Shown: positions 1 through 13,158 of the stretch, piece after piece
Position numbering within the stretch: the first letter of the stretch is position 1
How the letters are laid out: each line of letters opens with the position of its first letter
From: Yuukianura sp. NJ FZ-2021
Lineage: Eukaryota
Direction of reading: 5' to 3'
DNA length: 64,000 nt
Assembly (NCBI GenBank): GCA_046563655.1
Contig: CM102289.1
Coordinates: forward strand, 9,672,001-9,736,000
Notes under the pieces: generated by a model
The model's database searches: none
Told to the model about the DNA's origin: nothing
What the model saw: only the letters and a program-made list of their open reading frames with translations
Program-made: the position numbers and the translations under genes

Positions 1-1174
1 GAAAACCTCCTGACTCCACGCAAGTATCGATTGTCCACCAGAAATATTGGTCGCAGTGCTCTCGTCACGCGAAAGTGGGACTGCTGCCTTACTAGGATTA
101 AAATTGCTTCGATAAACATGACAAGGAGTGTGATTGCTTTGATTAAGGTCCGTTGATGTCCCAGAGTTGTCCTTAGTCCTAACCATCTCATTTTCAGAAC
201 CAGTCCAAAAGTGATTATGGTCAATGCTCCGAGTTCCAGCGATGCGTGAATACCAATTGGCACTTCAAAAATGGCTGGTCGCTCAAAGATCGCAAGCGTC
301 AGCAGTACCATGGAAGCCATCCAGTCCAGAAGATAGAACCATTTGGTATGGGCCAGGATATACGCTGGAAGGCTCTCTCGTCTTCTCGGATGAGTTGAGA
401 ACATGTCGTTGTTTTCACCTTCTTCCAGATAAATTGCTGCTTCTTGGTAGTTGAAACACCACCTATGACAACATGAATAAAACGTTGTTAAAACGTTAAA
501 AAGTGAACAAAAGTTTATAGCTTGGACACATTGACAGAACTCTTACGTAGCCCATTGTCCATCGACAACTTGTCGTCCAGCTTGGTAGTAATTTGGATCC
601 AGAGTCGTGGGTTGGTTGACATCCGTACCGCTGCCACCCATATCCATATCCGGAAGTTCATTGCCTGACATATCCCTGCCATCCAAGGTGGCCATCGTCA
701 CGGGAAACGTTTCATCTGGTGGTCCATGTCCAAAACCGAGGAGTTGAGCAAACTTTGACCCCCGTAAGCACTCCATTCTCCTCGTTGATATGGTTTCGGA
801 CTGTGTCAATGATGCATAAAACACAGAAGTGGATCCACTAACTTCCTCATTCCGATCTGGATTAACTCCTGGGCCCAAATCGTTCTGTTGACGATTGTCG
901 TCGTTTCCAGTACTCTCTAATGTAGTATTTCCACCTGTCACGGAACAACTGTCTCCACTTGCGTCCTCGTCGTGTTCCGTCCATTCTGAAAAATAAACCA
1001 AATCACTCCTTTAGCATAGATCAAGGCCACTAAAACTATGAATGAGCAATTAAAAAGATTTATGCCAATTAAGTGCACGCGGTAAAAGGAGGACAATAGG
1101 ATTGATTAAAGCTTCCGTGCTAACAGAACAATACCTTCTAGTAACAATTGATGGCGACGTTCAAACAGATCCAT
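1..1174 (-). CDS. TPCN1: Two-pore channel 1 (TPC1), 5' portion; gene continues beyond the left edge of the window
   Basis: Exons 1174-1135, 985-547, 462-<1 join through GT-AG introns in consistent phases (1, 2). Exon 3 reads WCFNYQEAAIYLEEGENNDMFSTHP...LELGALTII...VRQQSHFRVTRALRPIFLVD, matching the TPC1 signatures NYQEAAIYLxEGENND and SHxRVTRALRxIFLVD. The first coding exon (MDLFERRHQLLLE) is less certain. Confidence 0.93.
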
Positions 1175-1915
1175 CTTCTAAATTCCACAAATAAACTCAT
1201 ATCTTCTTGACCTAAAATTTATTTAAAGAAACTTGAAACCACTTCTACAAGTGATAATGGTATTTATTATCAGAGAGGGCAAGGATATATACGACGGTGA
1301 GAGTGAAATTGGCAAGAAACGCCTATAACCAAGTCCTATAAGACGTCTATAAGCAGCGCATTAAGAAATATGTAGTACATCTATAAAAATATAGTAATAT
1401 ACTCTATACTAAAAGTGCGTTTGGTGCTCGTAAGAAAGACAGGACGCCTCAATTGCAAAATGGCGGGAGATTGTCAATTTTAAATTTTAGAAAAATAAAT
1501 GAGTCTGACTAACGGTTACTAACAATTCATCCTTTCACCCCCTCATGCAAAGAAATAAAATTATAAAACAGAAGTTATTTAGCTTTAATTAATCAACTAA
1601 ACCTTGAGTAGTTTTAGTTAACTATTAATTTAGTATAAAAGTGATTATTTAATTATTAATTATTTGATGCTGATTGAATTATGTTGTTGTTGGTACTAAT
1701 CTAGTTTATCACAAAATTGAGTACGCCCGGCTCTAACGTATTGGGTAAACAAGAGTTGTGTGTAATCTTTATAATTACCCATTCCCAAAATTCTTAACAA
1801 AATTATGTTAAGCTAGCAAAGCATTTACGCGGCAAACGGAGTTAATTCAGTATCGATTAATCGATTAATTAATTCATAATTTAACAACTTGTTAATGTTA
1901 GTTACAAGGTCAACT
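1175..1915. promoter_or_regulatory. Divergent promoter region between TPC1 and the zinc-finger gene
   Basis: Head-to-head start codons ~740 bp apart; YY1/Pho-type CAAAATGGCG at 1456-1465; DRE-like TATCGATT at 1851-1858. Confidence 0.5.
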
Positions 1916-3722
1916 ATGGCGGCAGCGACAACCGATGAACACGAGAGCCGTGGAACGCATATGGGATTTACAGGTATTTGTTCTCTCTGTGACTACCAAT
2001 TTACTTCTAATGCTACCGCTTTCGGTTCATACGCGAAGTCAAGTCTGGAGAGTGACAGCAGCGGTGGCTCCGAGCCCGATGCGGAGGATGCCCTCAGAGT
2101 ATTCTTGGCAGATAAAAGTAATTTCATAAATCAAGAAATTACAGTAAAGATTTAACATTTGATGTAGCAATTGACGTATATTTTCAGATGAAAGATCGGT
2201 TCGACTCGTCCTCTGTCGTTCCTGTAGGGAGCAACTGGACCAGTTACTGGAAACAGGGAGACAACTTTCTCTTCTCGTGGACCTCGTCACTACACTACTT
2301 CTGCAGAACTCCAGATTTACGTTAATCCATCCCAAGGAAACAATCATCGCCAAGCTATTCTCAGATAACAACCTCCAACACTACTTCAGTTCCTCTTCCT
2401 CTCGATTGCACGGATTGGATCCTCTAAGTACGAAGGATGTTGACCTGGAACCAGAATCTTACCAAATGAAGAACTCCGTTTCACTTACCGACAACATGTC
2501 TGACATTGACCGTGAAATCCATGAACTGGAGACACAATTTCATCTAGACAGGATCAAAGTGTACAAGTACCAAGAAGGCCACCTTCAGTCGGAAGATGAC
2601 CACCAGATTGAAAATCCGTCCTTGTGCTCATCACTTCCGAGTCTAGTATCTTTGGACTCTTGTTCCTTTGCCCAGAAGGATCCACTGGGCAACAACATCA
2701 TGAATGTCAACATTTCAGCACTGGAGTCAAGTGGCAGCAATGGATTTGGACATAACAGTTTGTCTAAACCTCCCAAGGCTAAGACCTCTCCAATCAAAAA
2801 TCACACGTCAATCACAAATCTCATAGCAAACACAACCAATGACGAACTGGACGTCTGCTTCTCTAACAGAATCCAGAAAATGAAGGAAAGCAATACGGAA
2901 GAAGCGAGCGACGAACGCAGCAAACGTGTTGAAAACGTTTTCCGCCTTCCGCTGCCCCCATCAACAGCATCCGCTCCACCGGAATCGAAGACGGACAAAT
3001 CGCGTAAAACTGTTAAGAAAGTGACCCGTGAACACAAAAAAGTCAAGAAGCGGTTTGCTTGTGAAATGTGTCCAAAGACATGGGACAGCAAACGTGACCT
3101 GGACGTCCATGTCGGGTCACATCTCAAAGTTTCTAATTTCGTTTGCGAAATTTGTGGGATGGCATACAGGTAACACTTAATTTCTAAACATGTCGATTAC
3201 TGATCGACGATTACTAATTGTTATTAACAATTTGTTAATGCTGATTCACAGACATAAATCGGCGCTGAAGACTCACGTTGCTCTGCATCAAGGAGAAGCA
3301 AAGTACAAATGTGACAAATGTCAGAAGCATTTTACACAAAAATCAGGTGATCATTGATTTGCATAAACTCAAGTAACTAGTAACTAATTAGTAATTGATC
3401 GATGTTTGCTGTTTATCTAGGTCTGGAAAGGCATGAAGAAGCGATTCATTCGAGTGCTAGGAAGTACGAGTGTACTGACTGCGGCAGGACGTTTAGGTAC
3501 CACTCGTCCTTCAATCTACACAAGCAGTACCACAAGGAAACACCGAACAAGAAGTTTCGATGTCAAATTGGCCAATGTGTCCAATCGTTTTTCACAAGCT
3601 ACCATCTCAAGAGACATCTCAAGACTCATGCAAGTGATACCCCACAAAAGTGTCAAGTGAAAGATTCATCAGTGAATTCAAATTCAGAAGCTAACAATTT
3701 TTGTGAAACTTCTGCCCAATAA
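1916..3722 (+). CDS. Zinc-finger protein with N-terminal ZAD-like C4 domain and five C-terminal C2H2 fingers (~526 aa)
   Basis: Exons 1916-2117, 2188-3169, 3252-3346, 3421-3722 (1581 nt, in frame). N-terminus CSLC...CRSCREQLDQLL. Fingers CEMC..HVGSH, CEIC..HVALH, CDKC..HEEAIH, CTDC..HKQYH, CQIGQC..HLKTH. Confidence 0.88.
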
Positions 3723-3799
3723 TTTTTTTAATCAGAAATGAATTATAGAACTTATTACCTAAAAGTTTTGATATTTTAGAGAGTTATTTAGTTACGAAT

Positions 3800-4954
3800 T
3801 CATTTGGAAGAGGAAGGACGTGCCTCTGCGTCTCTCTTCTTCTGTGCCTCTTCCTCCTTTTCAATTCTCTCCTGCTCATCAATCAACCGACGGACTTCGT
3901 CGTTCTTCAGAATGGCCGTTCGCGTTTTAAGGTCATCGCCACGGAAAATTGCAGCGATTTCAACTAAGAAAGTAAACAAAAAAAGTTCGTCAATCCTAAT
4001 TCATTTGTTTGCTGTTGCGTTGAGCTTACGTTTTTCGGGGCTAAGCTTCGTCGTGTCCAAGGTCTTGGCCAGGATTTTGACAACGAGAGCCTTGGCCTCT
4101 TGCAGAGTGATATCTTCCTTGTAGTCTTGCTTCAGGAGAGAAATAGCAGCCTATCAAAAAGTAATGATTAGCACTTATAGTACTTATCTGGAACTTGTAG
4201 CTAAGGAATTTGTCGACCTAACGAAATACTTACGTTGTTGTTGTGTCCGATACAAGTAGCTTTCCAGCCGCCGTAGTTTCCACTTGGATCTGACTGGTAC
4301 AGCTGAAACCCATAGTGCTTATCCCAGCCGGCATACAAAATGGAAACTCCAAATGGTCGTTTTCCTGAATGAGCAAAGTAATTAAGTTAAGTTTTTTGTC
4401 TTAATTAAATTGTTGAAATTACAAACCTCCATATTGAGTGTAGGCCTGTTTGATGTTGCATAACCAAGACACAAGTTGTTCACAGGGCATGGGCTCTCCA
4501 TACTGTAGAAGGTACCGTTGAGCGATAAGTCGAAGTTCATTCGTCAGCACATTCGCATCTGATGTAATTCCGGCTACACTGCACACCATATCACTGAAAG
4601 TTGAAATTGAAAAATTAGATCATGTGAGTAATCAGCTATATCTCAACAACAATTAGTTAAACTTACTCATAGAGTTTGTAGATTTTATCAGAAAAGAAGT
4701 TTTCATCATCGAGCAGAACGTTAGTATTTTTCTTCTCGGCTGCTAAGATGATCCCGTCCTTTGCCAGTATACCAATACATGTCCCTGCATGACCAATTGC
4801 TTCCATTGCATATTCTACTTGGTACAGCCTCCCTTCCGGTGAGAAGATCGTAGTTCTGGAGTCGTACCGACGAGCCTAAACCGACAATAATTTCAGTTAT
4901 TGAATTCATTCCAGTTCCAGTGATCGTATAAAGATTGGTGTTCATGTTTACCAT
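3800..4954 (-). CDS. PSMA4: 20S proteasome subunit alpha type-4 (alpha-3), 264 aa
   Basis: Exons 4954-4952 (ATG only), 4875-4667, 4593-4427, 4364-4234, 4150-4030, 3963-3800. Protein [32 protein letters not shown]...[41 protein letters not shown], the alpha-3 signature. Confidence 0.97.
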
Positions 4955-5815
4955 GTTTCAGAAGAGAAGATTCCAAAATCTAGAGACCGATGAAGACTTG
5001 TCAATTCTCTGTAGACTGAATCTTGTCAGATTTTACCAATTACTTGAATTATGTATCTAGTAACTGACAAGCAGTGGAATGATTTTGTAAACCTATGTAA
5101 TTTTTTCACTATCGGTAGAGCCAATTTTGCCGACCTGCGAACAAAACCGTGAAACAGTACAAGCGAATACCGAACGAACGATAACGATTTACTATCAGAA
5201 GAAACAACTTTTGCTTCTAGAAAATTCAAATTTCAGATTTATTTTTTGAAATTTAAAATTCCCTCTCTCTCTCTCGGGTGCTCCGGTACTCAAAACCAGA
5301 ACTGGTTGAGCAAAAGCTAAAGAACGCAATCGTTTTTGAGGTATTTATTTTGATAATTTAGTTATTTCAGTAACAAAATAGAGTTAAATTTGTACCAATT
5401 AATAGCTGTTGCTGATAGCCAGGAATTCATTTGACTACATCGGATTTTTTTCTCCATGAGATACTGCTAACTTCAAAGTTTTTGGTGTACCGTTAACTAG
5501 AGTATTACAACACTGTTGACGTCTTCTGATGTCAACCGCGTGTGGGTATCGGTAAGAGCCGAAGCGAACCGACGAAACTTGAAGTTGTTTGTGTTTTGAC
5601 GGCTGAGATTCGATGGGACGCGGACGACGGCAGGGAGGGTGATTTACGGTTTACTGGACATTTGGACACTGGGCTTATCGAGCTAACAACGACGACGGTA
5701 GCAATGTAAATTAACTGTAAATTTTAAATAAGGTTAATCTACTATTATACTAAGAGTGTGAACCGATTAACTTTCAGTTGAAGCGACTCCTGTCCTAAGC
5801 CTACCAAAGCCAGCG
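4955..5815. promoter_or_regulatory. Divergent promoter/5'UTR region of PSMA4 and Polybromo-1
   Basis: Head-to-head ATGs ~860 bp apart; (CT)n tract near 5261-5275; splice acceptor ctttcag just upstream of the PBRM1 ATG implies a non-coding first exon. Confidence 0.5.
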
Positions 5816-8800
5816 ATGTTTGCCGGCGGCGGTGGGAAGCGTCGGAGAACGTCAATGACGTCCACAGCAAGCAAAGGGGACGACGATAATGCAAGTATGG
5901 AACCCGACTATCCACCAGAGACAAAACGAAGGAAGGTCGTCAAGCTGGACCCGGTATGACAAAAACGTTTTTCAGCCCACTTCGATCGTTAATTTTTACG
6001 TATAAACTAACCTTTTCTATTCATGTTCGTTAGATAGAGCAGTGTCAGCAGTTGTATGACATAATCCGGAACCACAAAAAGGAGGACGGTGCAGTATTGT
6101 GTGAAGCTTTTATCCGAGCTCCAAAACGACGACAGGAACCAGGATACTACGAGGTGAAAACGTTTTAATCGAATCCAAACATTCTAACAACTTACTATAA
6201 CTCGTTTCATGTGTAGGTTGTTAGCAATCCAATGGACATGTTGCGGATTCAACAAAAAATCAAGATGGACGAGTACGATGACATCGAGCAAATGTCTGCT
6301 GATGTGGATCTTATGGTGGCCAATGCAAAGGCATTCTACAAGGTGTGACTTAAAAACTAGACTCCTGTCGAAGTTTCTAAAACGAACAATGTTAACTTTT
6401 AATGTTCTTCAGAGGGCTACAACAGAGCACAAGGATGCGTGTGACCTCTGGGATCTGTTTGTGGAGAAGAAGTCAGTCATGTTTGATCAAGATGCTTCGG
6501 GTGAAGATGGAGAGAAGAAGGGGAAAATCATTTTGAAAATGGGTAAATTAGCTCGTCGAGCAGCCGCTGTAGAATCACGAAAACCAACTTTAGATGACGG
6601 AGAAACTTCTGAGTCTTCTACTGCAACTGACAAGCACGATGACAGTTCCAGTTTGGCTGGAGATTCTACTCTTTTGTCAGCTCAGCTTGAAGAACTCTTC
6701 AGTGCAGTTATTCTCGCAAGTGATGCTGACGGAAGAGTGTTGAGCAGTGCTTTTCAACTGCTGCCGCCGAAGCGGATGTATCCTGCTTACTACGACATCA
6801 TCACTGAACCAATCGATCTGAAAATGATTGCCACAAAAGTTCAGACAGGTAAGGCAACTAATTGCCTATTTATCGGCGTATAACGTGCATTGAAATACCG
6901 TTTTCAATCACTAAAATAGTATTTGACCTTAAGATTTTCATTAGCTTATTTTATTTGTGTTTTTTTAGGAGAGTACAACAATCTACTGGAAATGGAGCGA
7001 GACTTGCATCTGATGTGTCGAAATGCTTGCCAGTTCAATGAACCAGGATCAATTATCTACAAAGATGCTAAAGTGCTCAAGCGAGTTGTAACTACTAAAC
7101 GCATGGATATCGAGAATGGTCGCACAGCTTCTGCCAACTTCGGATCCATTTCAGGAAAAAGTGAACGAATTCGTAACAGAAGACTTCGAGGAGGTGTGTC
7201 ACACTCTGCAATTACAGCAGCACTTCAATACGAAGATGAAGAAGGAGAGGAAGATGAAGAGCCGATTGAGGAAGATGAAGATGAAGTAGAACAAGAAGCG
7301 GAAGATGAAGAAGAAGAATCAGCTGGTGTCCATGACGACGAAGAAGAGGAAGTGGACACGAAGTACTCGGATACAGAGAATCCTCTATGGCTTTTATACG
7401 AAGCTGTTTGTAACCATGTTGGCAGCAATGGGATGATTTTGAGTGAGCCATTCAAAAAACTTCCATCGAAGCGATACTATCCAGACTACTACAAAGAAGT
7501 AAAGAATCCCATGGCTCTGTCCCAAATTTACAACCGGATGCAGGTATTTTTCAACTATTTCAATTATTTTTCAACGATTTCAACTGTCTTTCAACTACTT
7601 CACTTTCACTTCAACTATTTCAACTAATTTCTTCCGCTTAAAAGGCAGAATTTGAGGCCAATACCAACAATTTCTTCTTTATGAAATGTAGCCAAGTCTC
7701 AATTGATTTTAATTTTATTAATCTCAACTTGTTATATTTTATTCAGAAAGGAGAGTATTCCAACATAACCCAAGTACAAGCGGATATGAACGTAATGTTT
7801 GAAAACGCCAAGTCCTACAATCGGCCGGATTCGGATCTTTACAAATGGGCAGTAAAGTTGCAGAAAGTTGTTCAGAACAAAGTTCAGGAGCTCCTGAACG
7901 AAGAGGATTCATCAAATGACGACCCGCCACCTGTTTTAACCAAGGGTGGAGCAAGCGATTCCGGAAATGACATTGCAGCAGTGGATTCTCCTGTAGATTC
8001 GAGAGCATCAACTTCTGGAAAAAAGTCTCCAGCTAAAGGCAAAGGTTCTGCTAATAACTCGATTCCAGCGACTCCAGTCGTAGTTCAACCCAAAATCACC
8101 AAAGAATCTCCGACGGAGAAGACAAAAGCGGATTTGAGAAAGGAGCAATTGAAACAGCGATTTACGCTTTTGTACAAAACGTTGATGGATTTTCGTGTAA
8201 GTATTTTCACCTTCTAAAAATGTTAACAAGTTTCAAATTTTGAGGTGAATAATTTGTTTTTCAGTTTCCAGAGCAGGACAGTCATGTTCCAGTGTTGGCG
8301 TTCCTGGAGAAACCGTCTAAGAAGGACTATCCAGACTACTACAGAATAATTACTGACCCCATTGACATGCTCACGATTGAGGCAAACATCAAAAACGAAA
8401 AATATTCCAGCACGGAAGAAGTTTTGAAAGATTTTCAGGTATTTTTCAGATTTTTTTTTTACTTTTGTTTCACGTTTTGAGTTTTTTGTTCCCCAAAATG
8501 TAAATTGTGTTTTCTGTTGTTAATTTTGTAGCGAATGTTCAACAACTGCCGTCTTTTTAATGAAGAGGGGTCTGTAATTTATGATGATGCGAACAAATTG
8601 GAAGCGATTTTGAAAACGAAGATCAAAGAACTTGGACCGGATCCAGGAAAGAAAAAGAAGCAAGTTCCACTGTTTGTTCAAAAAGTGTTGATGATTGTAC
8701 TAAACTTTTAATAACTGTTGTTTTTTCAGAGTTAAGAGAGATGAAGTTTTGATTCGAAAGTTAAACGAACTGCTGAACACTGTTAAGGACCACACGGATA

Positions 8801-11800
8801 AGAGTGGGCGTGTGTTGTCCATGATATTTCAGAAGCTCCCTTCAAAACAAGTAAAACTTTTTAACTTTAACTTTAGTGGAAATGGAACTTTGATTGACTG
8901 AAATTTTCTTTTTTTTTTGTTTCAGTTGTATCCAGAATATTACGAAGTAATCAAAAGTCCAATCGACTTGGACAGAATCTGTCACAAAGTGAAGTCCAAC
9001 TCATATGACACTTTGCAACAACTATTGGATGATATTTCGTTAATGCTAGACAATGCTTGCAAATTCAATGAGCCAGGTAATACAAAATATGTAATGTTTA
9101 AAATATAATATTACAATAAATATATAATTGAATTTTGAATTCCAGATTCGCAGATATACAAAGACGCTTTGATTTTGCAGCGTCTTGCGCTGCAGACGAA
9201 GTTGAGCCTGTCAGAGGACGATGATTCTGTGCCAGACGTTCCTGGAGCAGTACGCGAAATTCTTACTTCAATTTTTACTTCTGTTTATAACCACCAAGAC
9301 GAAGAAGGGCGATGCTTCACCGACACAATGGCGGAGCTACCGGAGTTTGACGAAGCTAACGGAGAAAAGTAAACAAATCAAACCAATTGCACTTTTTATT
9401 AAAAAGTTTTTAGTTTTTATATAATTTAATTATTTGTAATTGATTTTGGGTAGGATTCGAGCCATTTCTTTGGATTTGATCAAGAGCCGCCTGGATCATG
9501 GATTTTACAAGCGATTGGACAAGTTTCAGGCCGACATGTTCTTGTGCTTTGAACGAGCCAGAAAATTATCACGAACGGATTCTCAACTTTTTGAGGATTC
9601 AGTCGAACTTCAATCGTTTTTCATCAAATCTCGTGACGAAAGTTGCAAAAATGGAGAGACGCTGAAATCCGAAGCGCTGCAGTTCACATTGGCTGATTTG
9701 CAGTCTTCAATTGAAAGTTTACGTGAAGAAAAGAAGGCCAAAGAAATGCCACAGGATGAGGACATCGCAGAACCAAAGAAAGACGGAGAAACTGTTATAC
9801 AAACATCACAGGTACAACTGCCGTGCTATTTTTAAATTAAAGTTAAAGTTTTAATTAATTGTTAATTGTTGATTAACTAATTGTTTTTTTTTAGAGTGAG
9901 ACTTACAATGGGAAGACGTACAACGTGGGAGATTTTGTGTACATCTCTCCGTCTCCTGCCAGTTCCAGCAGCACTGGAGATGGGACAGCACCGAATATTG
10001 CCAATATTCAAAAACTTTGGACAGAACCCGATGGAACCAAGATGTTCGAAGGCATTTGGTTTTTTAGGCCGAATCAAACTTACCACCTTCCAACTCGCAA
10101 GTTTCTGCAGAAGGAAGTATTTCGGAGTGAAGTCCGACCAACAGCACAATTGAGCGAAATACTTGGGAAATGCTGGGTGATGACCGTGAAGAACAAAGAA
10201 TACTTCAATTTGGCTCCTGAGGGATTCGTAGAAGATGATGTCTACGTCTGCGAGTACAGATATTCCCACAGGAATAGAAGTTTTTGTAAACTCAAAGCGT
10301 GGGCGTTCGGTTCGGATCGTGTGAAGCTCATTCCGCGAAAGAAAGTTCTGGAACCGGTTCGAGTTGCTTCGGTTTTTAGTGAACGTGGCGTTCCTGCTGC
10401 CGAATCACAGCAAATGGACGATGAAATTGAGAAACTCCCGAGAGAAGAGTTCCCGAACGTTGTTCGGACGGATGCAGACGTACCGATAAAGGAAGGCTAC
10501 ACATTTTATGAACAGTTCAGCCTGACTTTTGGACCGGTTCGGGCCGGAGACTATGTCTATGTCCGTGTGGAGAATTTGAAAAAGTTGGTGGCCAGAGTGG
10601 ACACGATGTGGACGGATAGTAACGGAAAGAGTTACTTTCATGGACCATGGTTCACTTCGTTGAGTGAAATCAGTCCAACCAGCATCACGCCTGGCAGGAC
10701 ATTCTACAAACAGGAAATATTCCAGAGTTCAATTGCAGATTCCAATCCACTTCTGAGTATCTGTGGACGATGTCATGTCATGGACCTCAATGACTACACG
10801 AGATGTGAGTTAATTGATTATATTAAGTAATTAATTATACTTATTTTTAATTAATTTATGATTAACTGTTAAATTGCAGACCGTGTGACGGAGATTCCAG
10901 AAGAAGATGTGTTCGTCTGTGAATCAATGTATGAAGAAGCGAGGCGTGAGATCCGAAAATTCGAAGGTTTGCAGAAAATAACGCAGCATTCTCCAGGCGT
11001 TCGACAGGATGAGCTGTACTTCTTCCGACGTCCAATTTCTCTGCTTCGAGTTGACATCGATGGGGCTATTGTGCATGACCCCACTAAGGTCAAACCTACT
11101 ATCAAAATGGAGTCAATTGGGTCACCTATGAGTGTCATTCGATCTGAGACGGAGAGTATGATGGAGGATTCACTTGATGCTCCACCATCAATTGCTTCGT
11201 CGGATGCTGGCGGAGGAGTTCAACTGTCTCTGAGTACTCCGGGACCAACGGCAACACCGAAGAAGGGTAAAGCTGGAACGGGAAATAAATTAGTGACTGG
11301 CTACATTCTGTACTCCAGCGAAGTGCGGAAATCAGTAGCTGAGAAGAATTCGGATAAGACTTTTGGCGAAATTAGTCGAATTGTGGGGAACGATGTAAGT
11401 CTAAACTAAACTTAAAAAAAGGGAGGAGCTAAGCACATTTTTGGGGAGGAGCTAAAATTTTGCTTTTGAAACAGTGGAGGAAGAAATCAGCGACAGAGAA
11501 AGAAATTTATGAAGAAAAGGCACGATTGCTGAACAAGCAGAAGAAGATGCAGATTTTGTTGGCGCTGGAAAATCCAGAACCGCCTACGCCCACTACTGCT
11601 ACTCCAACTCCAGCGTCGAAAAAGAGTTCAACATCGGCTGAAACTGATTTGATGACATTGACAGCCGCACTGAAGAAGGATCCTGATTGGATCTTCGAAT
11701 GTGGCTGGAACTACTGCGATTGGCAGTTCGAAGATGCCATGGATCTGATGGAACATTGCACGCAGGAACCCAAGGGACATGTCTGTCTGTCATTCAAAGA

Positions 11801-13158
11801 TGTCAATCCAACTGGTAATCCAACACAGATTAATTAGTAATCTAAATCTTAATTAATTGTAATCTTAATTTAATTGTTAATTAATTTTCAGAAGGAGAGT
11901 TTCAGTGTCAGTGGAAGAATTGCGCAAGGATCAAGAAAGGAGTTCAGCCGTTCCCGGGCCTCGCTCGTTTGCTGAAACATGTCAGAGATATCCACATTCT
12001 CAAAGGAAATGGGCGGATCATTCATCCAGACATGCGGAGCAAGTAAGTTCGATATCGATATAAGATAAACTTCGATATCTGACGTTCGATATCTAACAAC
12101 CTTGGATAATGGACAAACTTTGGTATCGCAAAGCGATATATAAGCGCGATAGTGGTAGAGTCCTTTGGTTAGGAGGTTGCGTTTGAAATTTTGGCGGGTC
12201 AACTTTTATCTAATGTGTGTTGATACAGGCGTTTGCAATTATCTCGAAGCACATTGGCTTCGATTGCAGAAGCCAATGCAAAAAAGCGTAAGTTTTTAAA
12301 AAATTGGTTTTGTTTTTTTATAATTTTGCTTTTTTTTAGGAAGCTTTTTCCCTCTCGTCGTGTTTTTAATTTGCCTCCTCCTGTTGCTAAACCCAATACC
12401 ACTACAACTACTAAACGAAAGTCCAGTTATCAGCCAGTGGCTAAAACTTCGGCTGGTCACAGTTCAAGTGCTGTTGCCAATGGCAACAGTTTCAATCATT
12501 CCACCACTATGCCACCACCTTCTGTTCTTGCTCCTCATCCTTGTGAGTTTGGATTTTTAGTTTTGCATTTTAGTTTTTTTTTAATACTTTTTGCTATTTT
12601 TCAAAACTGTGATTTGAGTGTTTGAATTTGAATTTTAACTGAATCCTGACACTTTAGCTGTTCAAGTAGCAGTGCCTCAAGTTGCAGTGACTCCGGCCCC
12701 ACCACCGCGACCTGCTGCCCCACCGCAACCGCCACCGGAGCCACTCTTCATTGCTGTCCCACCGCGACCGCAAAAGTTGTTTCACTCTGAGGCTTATGTC
12801 AGGTATGTTGAAATCTTTGAACTCTATAGAAATTAAAACTTTTGCTACGTCCAAAAGTGTAAATTGTGTTTTTTTTTTTTTTTTGAAAACGTTGTCTTTT
12901 TTGAGTCTATTTTTTGTGTTAAATTTTAGGTATATTGAAACTCTGCATGCAACTTCGAGTGAGAGGAACTACTTGACGAATTGGGACAAGACACTCCATG
13001 CGACGAGTTCCAACACGCGTGTCAAGAATACGGAGAAGCTGCCCGTTGATTGGCTGGGAAATGGGGCGGGGCTACATGGAACTTCGGTGGAAGCACTGTG
13101 GGCATTGAGGAATTTCATGATGAGAGATGTGCTCGGCTTGAGGAAAGTTATGCACTAA
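5816..13158 (+). CDS. PBRM1: Polybromo-1 / BAF180 (PBAF subunit), ~1830 aa, 19 coding exons
   Basis: Exons 5816-5953, 6034-6153, 6217-6342, 6413-6848, 6969-7543, 7747-8196, 8265-8438, 8532-8659, 8730-8850, 8926-9076, 9146-9368, 9454-9811, 9895-10804, 10880-11394, 11475-11814, 11892-12042, 12340-12542, 12658-12802, 12930-13158 (5493 nt, phases consistent). Six bromodomains (YPDYY..PIDL..NAC.FNEPGS), two BAH domains (GDFVYI..FEGIWFFRP; GDYVYV..FHGPWF), HMG box (LVTGYILYSSEVR..FGEISRIVG), two C2H2-like fingers and the conserved C-terminal HSEAYVRYIE...ALWALRNFMMRD. Confidence 0.97.
7546..7632. repeat. Intronic ~10-11 bp degenerate tandem repeat (TTTCAACTA)
   Basis: About 8 units of tttcaact(a/g) in PBRM1 intron 5. 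Confidence 0.7.

Noticed and set aside
224..454. Plus-strand ORF, and similar antisense ORFs at 3804-4124, 7212-7455, 25511-25942, 26685-27349
   Set aside because: Shadows of real opposite-strand exons.
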